Part shown: positions 7,637 through 17,016 of the stretch, one piece after another | Numbering within the stretch: position 1 is the stretch's first letter | How the letters are laid out: each line of letters begins with the position of its first letter | NCBI GenBank assembly: GCA_037440005.1 | Contig: JBBIUY010000007.1 | Span: 26,671-90,670, forward strand | Reading direction: 5' to 3' | Source: Armatimonadota bacterium | Lineage (GTDB): Bacteria > Sysuimicrobiota > Sysuimicrobiia > Sysuimicrobiales > Kaftiobacteriaceae | DNA: 64,000 nucleotides | Made by a program: the position numbers and the translations under genes | The notes under the pieces: model-generated | Databases searched by the model: none | Told to the model about the DNA's origin: nothing | What the model saw: only the letters and a program-made list of their open reading frames with translations

Positions 7637-9484
7637 TCACCGGCGCCTGCCGCCTCGTCTGCGGCCCCGCACGGCGCGCCACCCCGCCCGGGCCGCCCAC
7701 GCTACGCCTGCGGCCGCGGCCGTCCACGCTCCCAGGTATCCGGCCAGCCGCCCCGACTCCGCAGGAGCGGACGGAGGAAAGGCGGCGGCAAACCGTCCGG
7801 CTTCTGCGGGAGGGGCCGCCGGAGCCCGGACCACCGATCCGGGCGCGGCGTGCCAGTCGGGAGTCGGCCACGCCGGGCGGGCAGGCGCCAGAGGGTCGGG
7901 CATCCCGGGCTGGTCCGCAGGAGCCGGCTGTGCTCTCCAGTCGCCGGGAGGTCTCCCGCCCGCCGCTGCCCGCAGGTAGCCGGCGGCCATGACCGCCAGG
8001 GAGGCCGGATCTCCCCCGCCCAGCCTTGTCAGAAGGGAACCGCACCGGTACGACCGCTGGATCGCCGGCGGCAGGCTGCGGGCGTACCTGTTGTCGGCAA
8101 AGCAGGTATCCGGGCCCGCCGGGGCGGCCAGGGCCAGGTCGGCCAGGCCCGAGGCCCACACGGCGTTGGCGCGGATGCGGTGGCCGGAGGGCACCCACAG
8201 GCGGCGGTCCAGGTTGGCGGCGACCAGGATGCCAAAGCGCGGGTGGTCCCACACCAGGTTGCCTTCCACCACGTTGTTGATCCCTCCGGCCAGCAGGATC
8301 CCGATGCCAAACGCCGGTGCCTGCAGCTGCAGGGCCGGCGCGCGCCGGTTGTGGTTGCTGTAGACCAGGTTGGCCACGATGCGCGCCCCGTCCTGGGGCG
8401 CCAGGGCCTCGGTGCCCAACGTGTTGGGCACCACCCCGGCGCCGTTGAACCGCCAGATCGAGCCGGTGATGGTCAGGTCGCCTCCGGCGTTGGTGCCCGA
8501 GTAGCCCAGGGCGTTGCCCTCGGCGACCACCGCCACGATCAGGGCGTGGCACGGCTTGCACTGGCCGATGTAGAAGCCCGAGTCCGGGTGGCCGGAGGCG
8601 TGGCTGCGGTCGAACTGGCCGTACTGCGAGTCAAAGGCATACAGGCCGTATTCCCCGTTGTTGTAGGCGGTCACGTAGCTGGCCCGGTAGCCGCGCACGC
8701 CGGTGAAGTAGACCCCGGTGGCGGTGTAGTGGCGCACGGTGAGGTTTTCCACCGCCACCCCGTCGGCGCCGAGCACCTTGATGCCGGTGGGCAGCCGGAA
8801 CCCGCCGTCCAGGATCACCCGCGAGCGGTCCAGCCCCCGCAGGGTGAGCCCCGGCGTGGTCACCACGACCTCTTCCCGGTACACGCCCGGAGCGAGGAGG
8901 ATCAGGTCGCCCGGGGCCGCGGCGTCCACGGCCGACTGGATGGTGGGGTGGTCGCGGGGGACGCGGCGCACCCGCCGGCCTGCTGCGCCCGCCGGGGGAG
9001 GGGCCGGCGGGACGGCCGCCTCCTCGCCCACCAGGATCAGCCCGGCCATGCCGCGGCCTGTTGGCGCGCCGTGGGGCGTGCAATAATACCGGTACGCCCC
9101 CGGCCGCGGGAAGGTCCGCCGGAACTGCTGGCCGGGGGCCAGCAGGCCGGAGTCCCAGGATCCGTCGGAGGCGGTGACCGTGTGGGCGTGTCTGCCCGCG
9201 TTGCGCCACGTCACCGCGGTCCCGGGTCGGACCCGCAGGACGGCGGGGACGAAGACGTCGTCGCGGATCTCCACCACCGCCGCCGCGCCCGCGGGCGCCG
9301 CCTGCGCGACCGCGGGGACGGCCAAGAAGACGAGGCCTGCCCACCACGCCACCGGGGCAAGACAGCCGACGATGGCCCGGATGGGGCCGGCGGGCCCTCT
9401 CGTCCTGGCGGTCCTGGGGGCGACCCTGGCGCAGCCCGCCCGCGCCGACGGGCCGGTGCTGACCGCGCCCGACCGGCGGGGCAT
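7637..9484 (-). CDS. secreted/membrane-anchored fusion of a type-1 copper (cupredoxin) domain and a right-handed beta-helix (NosD/CASH-like) domain
   Basis: Cu ligand pattern 'HAHTV...YYCTPH...GM'. Beta-helix repeats 'GIKVLGADGVAVENLTVRHYTATGVYF...'. C-terminal TM plus Arg tail. Start is uncertain: ATG 9484 overlaps the divergent protease gene, and an alternative GTG sits at 9352. Confidence 0.7.
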   Translation of the reverse strand: MPRRSGAVSTGPSARAGCARVAPRTARTRGPAGPIRAIVGCLAPVAWWAGLVFLAVPAVAQAAPAGAAAVVEIRDDVFVPAVLRVRPGTAVTWRNAGRHAHTVTASDGSWDSGLLAPGQQFRRTFPRPGAYRYYCTPHGAPTGRGMAGLILVGEEAAVPPAPPPAGAAGRRVRRVPRDHPTIQSAVDAAAPGDLILLAPGVYREEVVVTTPGLTLRGLDRSRVILDGGFRLPTGIKVLGADGVAVENLTVRHYTATGVYFTGVRGYRASYVTAYNNGEYGLYAFDSQYGQFDRSHASGHPDSGFYIGQCKPCHALIVAVVAEGNALGYSGTNAGGDLTITGSIWRFNGAGVVPNTLGTEALAPQDGARIVANLVYSNHNRRAPALQLQAPAFGIGILLAGGINNVVEGNLVWDHPRFGILVAANLDRRLWVPSGHRIRANAVWASGLADLALAAPAGPDTCFADNRYARSLPPAIQRSYRCGSLLTRLGGGDPASLAVMAAGYLRAAAGGRPPGDWRAQPAPADQPGMPDPLAPARPAWPTPDWHAAPGSVVRAPAAPPAEAGRFAAAFPPSAPAESGRLAGYLGAWTAAAAGVAWAARAGWRAVRGRRRGGRRR

Positions 9485-10007
9485 CCCCATGCTGGTCACC
9501 CGCGAGGGAGACGTGGTGCGGTACGGGACCGGCGTCATCGTCGGCCCCCAGACCGTGCTGACCGCCAAGCACGCGGTCTCCGGGTCCGTGCAGATCGTTC
9601 TGCCCGCGGTGACGGTCACCGGGCAGGTGCAGTGCCGGGCGCCGGACCGGGACACGGCGGTGATCACCGCCCGCCTGCCCCGGGGTACGCCGCGGTACCG
9701 CATCGCCTGGCGTACGGTGGCGGTGGGCGAGGTCGTGCGCACCGGTGGCTACCCGGGGCGGCGGTGGACGGTGGCCCGGGGCCAGGTCACCCAGATCATC
9801 CGGGAGGCCGTGCTCTCCGGCCGGCGGGTCCACACCCCCATGGTGGTGTTCCGGCCCGCCCTGCACCAGGGCGCCAGCGGGTCGCCCGTCCTGGACGCCC
9901 GGGGATTCGTGGTCGCCATCTTCATCGCCAGCAACCCCCGGGAGAACTACAGCATCGCCCTGCCCATCGCATCCGGCCTGGGTCCCTGCCGGCCGCTGGT
10001 CCGCTGA
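9372..10007 (+). CDS. secreted trypsin-like serine protease (no PDZ)
   Basis: Signal peptide 'MARMGPAGPLVLAVLGATLAQPARA'. His 'LTAKHAV', Asp 'DRDTAVI', Ser 'GASGSPV'. Confidence 0.75.
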   Translation: MARMGPAGPLVLAVLGATLAQPARADGPVLTAPDRRGIPMLVTREGDVVRYGTGVIVGPQTVLTAKHAVSGSVQIVLPAVTVTGQVQCRAPDRDTAVITARLPRGTPRYRIAWRTVAVGEVVRTGGYPGRRWTVARGQVTQIIREAVLSGRRVHTPMVVFRPALHQGASGSPVLDARGFVVAIFIASNPRENYSIALPIASGLGPCRPLVR

Positions 10008-10061
10008 GACGCCGCCTGAGCGGGAACCCCCGGCACGTCCCTGGGCGCCCTCCGCGGGGTC

Positions 10062-10964
10062 CTAGCGCAGCGGGTGGATGACGATCCGGTTCTCGGTGAA
10101 CAGCGGGATCAGCACCCTCTGGCGCCGGCTGTCGTAGCCGATGTCGGCCGGGGACGGGACGTTGCCGACGACCGTGGAGACGGTGCCGTCCCGTTCCACC
10201 CGGAACACCGCCGCGGCCCCCCAAGACGAGACCAGCAGCGCCCCGTCGGGCAGGACCTCCACCCCGTCGAGGTTGCCGGCGGGCAGGCGGCGGACGTTCC
10301 GGCGCGTCCCGTCCGGTCCCACCGTGTACAGCTCTCCCTCCGGCGTGAAGGTGACCACCACCAGCGTCCCGTCGGGCAGGACCGCGATGCCGTTGGGGTG
10401 GTTGAGGTCGGTGGATTTGGCCACCACGCTGACCTGCCCCCCGGCCAGCCGGTAGATGGCGTCGGTGCCCGACGGGCTGAAGTCCGGCCGCACGCCGGTG
10501 TCGGTGATGTAGACGACGCCGTCGCGGCCGGCCGCCAGGTCGTTGACGAAGGTGGACCCCAGGATCACCACCGACCCCCGGGGCTCGCCGGTGCGCCGGT
10601 CGAACATGCGCACGGCCGTGATGTCGGAGACGTACAGCAGGTCCCCCGCCGCCGCCATCCCCTTGGGGGCGTTGAGGCGCACGTCGGGGCGGGCGCCGTC
10701 AATCCACTTCAGGTCCAGGACCCGCCCGTCGGGGGCGACCCGGGAGATGAACCCGTTGTCGTCGGCCGCCGTGGGAGACCCGTTGATGTTGGAGACCAGG
10801 TAGACGTCGGCCCGGGCATCGTACAGGACCGACTCGGGCGTGGAGAATCCGCCCACCCGGATCGGCGCCTCCGCCGGCGCCGTCTGCCCGGGGACGGAGG
10901 TCAGGACCGCCAGACCGGCCGCCAGCAGGCCGCAGGCCGCGACCAGGCGCACGTTCATGGTCAC
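10062..10964 (-). CDS. secreted beta-propeller protein (SMP-30/gluconolactonase/NHL-like)
   Basis: Signal peptide. Repeated 'G.LYV.D...G.V' blades such as 'DVYLVSNINGS', 'DLLYVSDI', 'GVVYITDTG' and 'GTLVVVTF'. Confidence 0.65.
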   Translation of the reverse strand: MTMNVRLVAACGLLAAGLAVLTSVPGQTAPAEAPIRVGGFSTPESVLYDARADVYLVSNINGSPTAADDNGFISRVAPDGRVLDLKWIDGARPDVRLNAPKGMAAAGDLLYVSDITAVRMFDRRTGEPRGSVVILGSTFVNDLAAGRDGVVYITDTGVRPDFSPSGTDAIYRLAGGQVSVVAKSTDLNHPNGIAVLPDGTLVVVTFTPEGELYTVGPDGTRRNVRRLPAGNLDGVEVLPDGALLVSSWGAAAVFRVERDGTVSTVVGNVPSPADIGYDSRRQRVLIPLFTENRIVIHPLR

Positions 10965-11084
10965 ACCTCCACCCGTGGGTCTGGGTGAGCAATTGCCTGC
11001 GCGGCCGGGGTATCCCTGCCCCCGGCGAGGGTCAGCGTCGGGCGGACGGGGCGGGGGCGGGCGTGCCCGCCCCCGCCCGAAGGC

Positions 11085-12011
11085 TCACACGAAGATGGAC
11101 CGCGGCAGGTAGGCGGAGACCACCCAGTTGGGAGCGTCCACCACCTCGCTGATCCGCAGGTCTACCGCCACGCTGCACAGGGCGTAGGCCATCTCCGGGG
11201 CGAGCCGGTACTCCCTGCCCAGGACGTCGATCATGTCCCGCACCGCGTCCTTGGCCGCCCGCATCAGGTCCGGGCCGATGCCGGTGGTCACGTGGTAGCC
11301 CCGCTCGTCCACGGGCCGGGTGGGAGGGCCGGGGATGGCGAACTGCGGCCGCCGCAGCCCCGCCTGGGGGCGCAGGCCAAAGCGCAGGGTGATCACCATG
11401 GGCGACTCCACCGCCGTCCCGCACACCTCCCCGTCGCCCTGGGCGGCGTGGGTGTCGCCCACCGAAAACAGCGCTCCGGGGACCTGCACCGGCAGCCACA
11501 GGGTCGCGCCCCGGGTGAGGTCCCGGATGTCCATGTTCCCGCCCACCTCCCGCGGCGGCACCACCGAGTGCAGCCCGGGTTCCGCCGGAGCCACCCCGAT
11601 GGTGCCGGGGAAGGGGCGCAGCGGCAGGCGGATGCCGGGGGCGAACTCCACGCCCCCGGCTCCGTAGGTGCTGATGTGCAGGAAGGGGGTGGGGAAGTCC
11701 TCGGCCAGCAGCCCGAAGCCGGGGATGATGGCCGTCCAGCCCCACCCGCTGCCCTCCACGTCCAGGATCTCCACCTCCAGGGCGTCCCCCGGACGGGCGC
11801 CCTCCACGTAGATCGGCCCGGTGACCGGGTTCACCCGGGCGAAGTCCAGGGAGGCCACGTCGCCGGCGGTGGACGCCCGGGTCAGCTGGCCCCCGCTGGC
11901 GTCCACCACCTCGCACGTCACCACCTCCCCCGGCGCCACCCGCAGGACGGGCGGGTAGGCGTTGTTCCACCCGAAGTGGTGCTGCTGGCGGTGGATGGTT
12001 CGGTGGGTCAT
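11085..12011 (-). CDS. acetamidase/formamidase family protein
   Basis: 'NPVTGPIYVEGARPGDALEVEILD', 'GNMDIRDL' and 'FSVGDTHAAQGDGEVCGTAVE' are FmdA_AmdA hallmarks. The start ATG overlaps the upstream stop (ATGA at 12008-12011). Confidence 0.85.
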   Translation of the reverse strand: MTHRTIHRQQHHFGWNNAYPPVLRVAPGEVVTCEVVDASGGQLTRASTAGDVASLDFARVNPVTGPIYVEGARPGDALEVEILDVEGSGWGWTAIIPGFGLLAEDFPTPFLHISTYGAGGVEFAPGIRLPLRPFPGTIGVAPAEPGLHSVVPPREVGGNMDIRDLTRGATLWLPVQVPGALFSVGDTHAAQGDGEVCGTAVESPMVITLRFGLRPQAGLRRPQFAIPGPPTRPVDERGYHVTTGIGPDLMRAAKDAVRDMIDVLGREYRLAPEMAYALCSVAVDLRISEVVDAPNWVVSAYLPRSIFV

Positions 12012-13627
12012 TTCACCACCCGCACCTCGTCGTAGTGCACCGGGATGTGGATGGGGTCCACCCACAGGACCTCGGGCCCGCCCATGCGGGCCGAGTGCAT
12101 GGTGTACCGCTTCTCGTGGAAGATGGGGATCCACGGCGCGTCGCTCATGATGGCCCGGTAGATCTGCCGGAACCGCTCCTCCCGGGCGGCCGCCTGGGCG
12201 GGCTGCACCAGGGCGTCGGCCTGCTCCACCAGCTGTTCCACCTGCCGGTTGCAGTACCACGCCCAGTTCCAGGTGCCCGGCGCCAGGGCGGCGCAGGACA
12301 GGATGGGCCAGTAGAAGTCGTTGGGGTCGGGGTAGTCGGCGATCCACGCCATGCCTCCCGACCAGATCAGCGGCGCCTGCCCCTTCTGCCCGCCGGCCTC
12401 GATGACGGTGCTCTGGGCCAGGGTCTTCAGCTCCGCCCGGACCCCGATGGCGGCCAGGTCCTGCTGGATGGCCTGGGCGATGCGCGGGTTGGGGTCGGTG
12501 TTGTTGGCGTACAGGACGGTGGCAAAGCCGTTGGGATAACCGGCCTCGGCCAGCAGCTTCTTGGCCTGCTCCCGGTCGAACGGGTAGCCCGTGTAGGACC
12601 TGTCGTACCCCGGCATCAGGGGCGGGAGGATCTGGGTGGCGGGGACCGCCCGGTTGTTGATGATGCGCACGATGCGCGCCTTGTCCACGGCCATGTTCAG
12701 GGCGCGGCGCACCCGCACGTCGGTGAGGGGGCTGACCTGGGTGTTGATGGTCACGTAGCCGGTGTGCAGCTGGTCGCCCACCGCCACCAGCCGGCGCAGG
12801 GTCGGGTCGTTCATCACCTTGACGAACTCGGCGGGCGGGATGCCGTCGCCCAGGACGTCCACCTCGCCCCGCTGCAGCTTCAGAAACGCCACGTTGGGCT
12901 CCACGCCCACCTGGAAGACGATCTCGTCCAGGTAGGGCCGGCCCCGCAGGAAATAATCCCGGTTGCGCACCAGGACCAGCCGCTGGCCCAGCACCCACTC
13001 CTTGACCCGGAAGGCGCCGGTCCCCACGGGCTTGTGGCCGAAGTCGGCCCCGGCCTTCTCCACCTCCTCCCGGGGCACCACGTGGGCGAAGTTGAGGGCC
13101 ATGATGTGCAGGAAGGCGGCGTTGGGCTTGTCGAGGGTGATGGCGAGGGTGGAGCGGTCCACCACCCGGATGCCCGAGACTTCCTTGGCTTTGCCCTCGC
13201 TGAACGCCGCCGCCCCCGAGATCCCGCCGAAGAAGCCGGCGCCCGGGCTCTGGGTCTTGGGGTTGAGGACGCGCTCCAGGGAATACTTGAAGTCCTGGGC
13301 CGTGACCTCCCGGCCGTTGTGGAACTTCACGCCGCGGCGCAGCCGAAAGGTGTAGGTCTTGCCGTCGGCGGAGATGGCGTAGGACTCGGCCAGGTGGAGG
13401 GTCAGCTTGGTGGTCCCGGGCTCGTAGTCCATCAGCCCGTCGAAGATGGACTTGATGATGGACCAGTTCTGCCAGTCGTAGCCGATGGCCGGGTCCAGGG
13501 TGCTCACGTCGTCCTTGAAGGTGACGACCATCGTGTTGCCCCGGGCCTGGCCGAACCCCGGCGGCGGCAGGCAGGCCAGGACCAGCGCCAGCCCCGCCAC
13601 CGCCGCGGCGATGCCATACCGTCTCAT
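12008..13627 (-). CDS. ABC transporter substrate-binding protein, family 5 (Dpp/Opp/Nik type)
   Basis: Signal peptide 'MRRYGIAAAVAGLALVLAC', then 'DVSTLDPAIGYDWQNWSIIKSIFDGLMDY...TYTFRLRRGVKFHNG'. Confidence 0.85.
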   Translation of the reverse strand: MRRYGIAAAVAGLALVLACLPPPGFGQARGNTMVVTFKDDVSTLDPAIGYDWQNWSIIKSIFDGLMDYEPGTTKLTLHLAESYAISADGKTYTFRLRRGVKFHNGREVTAQDFKYSLERVLNPKTQSPGAGFFGGISGAAAFSEGKAKEVSGIRVVDRSTLAITLDKPNAAFLHIMALNFAHVVPREEVEKAGADFGHKPVGTGAFRVKEWVLGQRLVLVRNRDYFLRGRPYLDEIVFQVGVEPNVAFLKLQRGEVDVLGDGIPPAEFVKVMNDPTLRRLVAVGDQLHTGYVTINTQVSPLTDVRVRRALNMAVDKARIVRIINNRAVPATQILPPLMPGYDRSYTGYPFDREQAKKLLAEAGYPNGFATVLYANNTDPNPRIAQAIQQDLAAIGVRAELKTLAQSTVIEAGGQKGQAPLIWSGGMAWIADYPDPNDFYWPILSCAALAPGTWNWAWYCNRQVEQLVEQADALVQPAQAAAREERFRQIYRAIMSDAPWIPIFHEKRYTMHSARMGGPEVLWVDPIHIPVHYDEVRVVK

Positions 13628-13650
13628 GCGGTCACCTCCTCCGTGGAATG

Positions 13651-14571
13651 TCACCCGTACCGGATCTTGGGATCCAGCAGCGGGTACACCAGGTCTGCCA
13701 GCAGGTTGCCGGTGGTGATGGCCAGCGCCGAGACCACCACCACGCCCATGATCACCGGGATGTCCACGATCTGGATGGCCTGCCAGGCCAGCTGGCCGAT
13801 GCCCGGCCAGGAGAACACCGTCTCCACCACCACCACGCCGCCCATGAAGGTGCCGATGTCCAATCCCACCATGGACACCACGGGCAGCAGGGCGTTGCGC
13901 ACCGCGTGCCGGAGGACGACCCGCGCCTCGGACAGCCCCTTGGCCCGGGCCGTGCGCACGTAGTCCTGGTGGATCACGTCCAGCATGGACGACCGCATCA
14001 CCCGGGCGTACCACCCGCCCCCGGCGATGCCCAGGGCGAAGGCCGGCAGGACGAGGTGGGCCGCCGTGCCGTAGCCGCCCAGGGGGAACAGGCCCCACCG
14101 GTAGGCCAGCCAGTACAGCAGGAACAGCCCCACCACGAACTGGGGGGCGGACACGCCCACGAACGCGGCCACCATCACCAGCTGGTCCAGCCGGGACCGC
14201 CGGCGCAGCGCCGCCAGCATCCCCGCCGGCAGCCCGATGAGGAGCTCGAAGGCGATGCCGCCCACCATGAGCAGCGCGGTGGCCGGCAGCCGCGACCACA
14301 GCAGGTCGGCCACCTGGATCTTCTGGGCGTAGGAGCGGCCCAGGTCCCCCCGGACCAGCCGCCCCAGGTAGCGGGCGTACTGCACCGGAAGGGGCTGGTC
14401 CAGACCCAGTTCGGCCCGGATGCGCTGCACCGTGTCGGCGGTGGCGCTGCGGCCGGCGATCATCCGCGCCGGGTCGGCGGGCAGGGCGTACAGCAGGGCG
14501 AAGGTGATCGCCGTCACCCCCAGGAGGATCACCACCGACTGGGCCAGCCGGCGCACCAGATACGCGGCCAT
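13651..14571 (-). CDS. ABC transporter permease, DppB/OppB type
   Basis: 'MAAYLVRRLAQSVVILLGVTAITFALLYALPADP' is a canonical N-terminus. ATGA overlap with the upstream gene. Confidence 0.85.
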   Translation of the reverse strand: MAAYLVRRLAQSVVILLGVTAITFALLYALPADPARMIAGRSATADTVQRIRAELGLDQPLPVQYARYLGRLVRGDLGRSYAQKIQVADLLWSRLPATALLMVGGIAFELLIGLPAGMLAALRRRSRLDQLVMVAAFVGVSAPQFVVGLFLLYWLAYRWGLFPLGGYGTAAHLVLPAFALGIAGGGWYARVMRSSMLDVIHQDYVRTARAKGLSEARVVLRHAVRNALLPVVSMVGLDIGTFMGGVVVVETVFSWPGIGQLAWQAIQIVDIPVIMGVVVVSALAITTGNLLADLVYPLLDPKIRYG

Positions 14572-15533
14572 CAGCGCCCCCTCATCTGCGGGTCCAGGGC
14601 GTCCCGCAGGGCGTCGCCCACCAGGTTGAACGACAGCGACGTGAGCAGGATCGCCGCGCCCGGGAAGCCCACCAGCCAGGGGGCCTCCAGGAAGTAGGAC
14701 TGGCTCTCGTTGATGGTCCCGCCCCAGCTGGGGGTGGGCGGCCGCACCCCGACCCCCAGGAAGGACAGGGCCGCCTCGAACATGACGGTGGTGGAAATGC
14801 CCAGCGTGCCCCACACCAGCAGGGTGGGCAGCAGGTGGGGGAACAGGTGCCGGGCGAGGATGCGCCGGGTGGGCACGCCCAGGGCCCGGGCCGCCTCGAT
14901 GAACTCCCGCTGGCCGATGGACAGCACCTGGCTGTAGATCACCCGGGCGATCCACACCCAGTTGACCATGGCGATCACCAGGGCCACGATCCACAGGCTG
15001 GGACGCAGGATGGCCGCCAGGGCGATGGCCAGGATCAGGGCCGGAAACGCCATCATCATGTCGGTGAACCGCATGAACGCGGTCCCCACCCACCCCCGGA
15101 AGTAGCCGGCCGCGGTCCCCAGCAGGGCGCCGATGGCCAGCGCGGCGCCGTTGGCCGCCACCCCGATCAGGAGGGTGATGCGGGCCCCGTAGATCAGCCG
15201 CGACAGCAGGTCCCGTCCCAGCAGGTCGGTGCCCAGCCAGAACCGGCCTCCCGGCGGCAGGGGGCGCCCCTCGGCGGTCAGGCCGTCGGTGAACTGCTGG
15301 GCCGGGTCGTAGGGGGCCAGCCAGGGCGCCAGGACGGCCACCGCGGTGACCACCGTAATCACCCCGATGCCGAACAGCGCCGCCCGGTTGCGCCTGACCC
15401 GGCTCCACGGCGACGGCGGGACCCGCACCCGGGGGGCGGCGGCCCGGAGGGTACGCACCACATCCGATGGCGATGTGACCGCCGGCGGCGCTCCGGCCCG
15501 GCCGGAGGCGCCGCCGGCGGGACGGACGTTCAC
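14571..15533 (-). CDS. ABC transporter permease, DppC/OppC type
   Basis: 'WLGTDLLGRDLLSRLIYGARITL' and 'FPALILAIALAA' are typical of DppC. The exact start is uncertain. Confidence 0.8.
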   Translation of the reverse strand: MNVRPAGGASGRAGAPPAVTSPSDVVRTLRAAAPRVRVPPSPWSRVRRNRAALFGIGVITVVTAVAVLAPWLAPYDPAQQFTDGLTAEGRPLPPGGRFWLGTDLLGRDLLSRLIYGARITLLIGVAANGAALAIGALLGTAAGYFRGWVGTAFMRFTDMMMAFPALILAIALAAILRPSLWIVALVIAMVNWVWIARVIYSQVLSIGQREFIEAARALGVPTRRILARHLFPHLLPTLLVWGTLGISTTVMFEAALSFLGVGVRPPTPSWGGTINESQSYFLEAPWLVGFPGAAILLTSLSFNLVGDALRDALDPQMRGR

Positions 15534-15681
15534 GCCTGCAGCGCTCCGATTCCGCGATGACGAATTGGCGTTTTAAATTAGGCTCCGGCCTCCCGCCCTC
15601 CTGCCGGACGCCGGCGCAGGGCTTGGGGGCGGGTGCGGCTAAACTGTTGTGTACGCACGATCACCAACGGGAGCGACGTCC

Positions 15682-17016
15682 ATGGATGCCCGCACGCTGG
15701 TCGCCACCGACCGCCAGGTCCTGATCCACCCGCTGCACCATCCCGCCGACCACCAGGCCCCCATCCTCTTCGTGGAGGGGCGGGGCGCGGTGCTGCGCGA
15801 CGCCGAGGGGCGCGAGTACCTGGACGGCCTGTCGTGCCTGTGGAACGTCAACGCCGGCCACGGCCGGGCCGAGCTGGCCGAGGCCGCCGCTTCCCAGATG
15901 CGCAGGCTGGCCTACGCTTCCGCCTACGCCGGGTTCACCAACGAGCCGGCGGTGGAGCTGGCCCGCCGGGTGCTGGCGCGGGCGTACCCCAACCTGTCGG
16001 GGGTGTACTTCACCACCGGGGGCGCCGAGTCCAACGAGACGGTCTTCAAGATCGCGCGGTACTACTGGCGCCGCCAGGGCCGGCCCACCAAGACCACCAT
16101 CATCTCCCGGGTGCACGCCTACCACGGCGTGACCCTGGCGGCCATGAGCGCCACCGGCATGCCCTCCTTCCACGCCATGTTCCAGCCCCTGGTGCCGGGG
16201 TTCGTGCACGTGCTGCCGTCGTATCCCTACCGCTACCCGGGGTCGGGCGCCCAGGAGGTGGAGGACGCCATCCGCCGGCTGGGGCCGGACGCGGTGGCGG
16301 CGGTCATCGCCGAGCCGGTCATCGGCGCCGGCGGGGTGATCCCGCCCACCCCGGACTACTTCCCGGCCCTGCGGGAGATCTGCGACCGCTACGACGTGCT
16401 GCTGATCGCCGACGAGATCATCACCGGGTTCGGGCGGACCGGCCGGTGGTTCGCCCTGGAGCACTGGGGGGTGCAGCCGGACCTGGTGACCTTTGCCAAG
16501 GGCGTCACCAGCGCCTACCTCCCCCTGGGCGGGGTGATGGTGTCCCGCCGGATCCACGAGGCCATCCTGTCGGCGCCGCCCCAGGAGCGGTTCATGCACG
16601 CCGCCACCTACTCGGGCCACCCCACCTGCTGCGCCGTGGGGGTGGCGACCATGGACATCTACGAGCGGGAGCACCTCGTGGAGCGCGCGGCCGCCCTGGG
16701 CGCCCGGCTGGGGGAGCGGCTGCAGACCCTGCGGGACCTCCCCCTGGTGGGCGACGTCCGGGGATTGGGCCTGATGTGCGGCATCGAGCTCGTGACCGAC
16801 AAGGAGGCCCGGACGCCGGCGGTGGGCGCGGGCGCGCGGGTGCTGGCCGAGGCGCGTCGGCGGGGGCTCATCACCCGCATCCGGGTGGGGCAGGCCGGGC
16901 CGCACCCCATCGGGGACACCATCTGCCTGGCGCCGCCGTTCGTCACCACCGAGGCCCAGGTGGACCAGATGGTCGAGATCCTGCGGGAGTCCATCCTGGC
17001 CGTCGCGGCCTCGTGA
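15682..17016 (+). CDS. class-III (omega) aminotransferase, PLP-dependent
   Basis: 'WNVNAGHGR', 'FTTGGAESNE', 'LIADEIITGFGRTG' and 'TFAKG'. ATG at 15682 preferred over the GTG at 15649. Confidence 0.85.
   Translation: MDARTLVATDRQVLIHPLHHPADHQAPILFVEGRGAVLRDAEGREYLDGLSCLWNVNAGHGRAELAEAAASQMRRLAYASAYAGFTNEPAVELARRVLARAYPNLSGVYFTTGGAESNETVFKIARYYWRRQGRPTKTTIISRVHAYHGVTLAAMSATGMPSFHAMFQPLVPGFVHVLPSYPYRYPGSGAQEVEDAIRRLGPDAVAAVIAEPVIGAGGVIPPTPDYFPALREICDRYDVLLIADEIITGFGRTGRWFALEHWGVQPDLVTFAKGVTSAYLPLGGVMVSRRIHEAILSAPPQERFMHAATYSGHPTCCAVGVATMDIYEREHLVERAAALGARLGERLQTLRDLPLVGDVRGLGLMCGIELVTDKEARTPAVGAGARVLAEARRRGLITRIRVGQAGPHPIGDTICLAPPFVTTEAQVDQMVEILRESILAVAAS

Noticed and set aside
5648-10081. 1477-aa plus-strand ORF spanning the SBP, hisD and cupredoxin/beta-helix genes.
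   Set aside because: Composition is dominated by Arg/Gly/Pro/His/Ala with no motifs. It is antisense to three genes with clear family signatures. This is a typical long stop-free frame in ~70% GC DNA.
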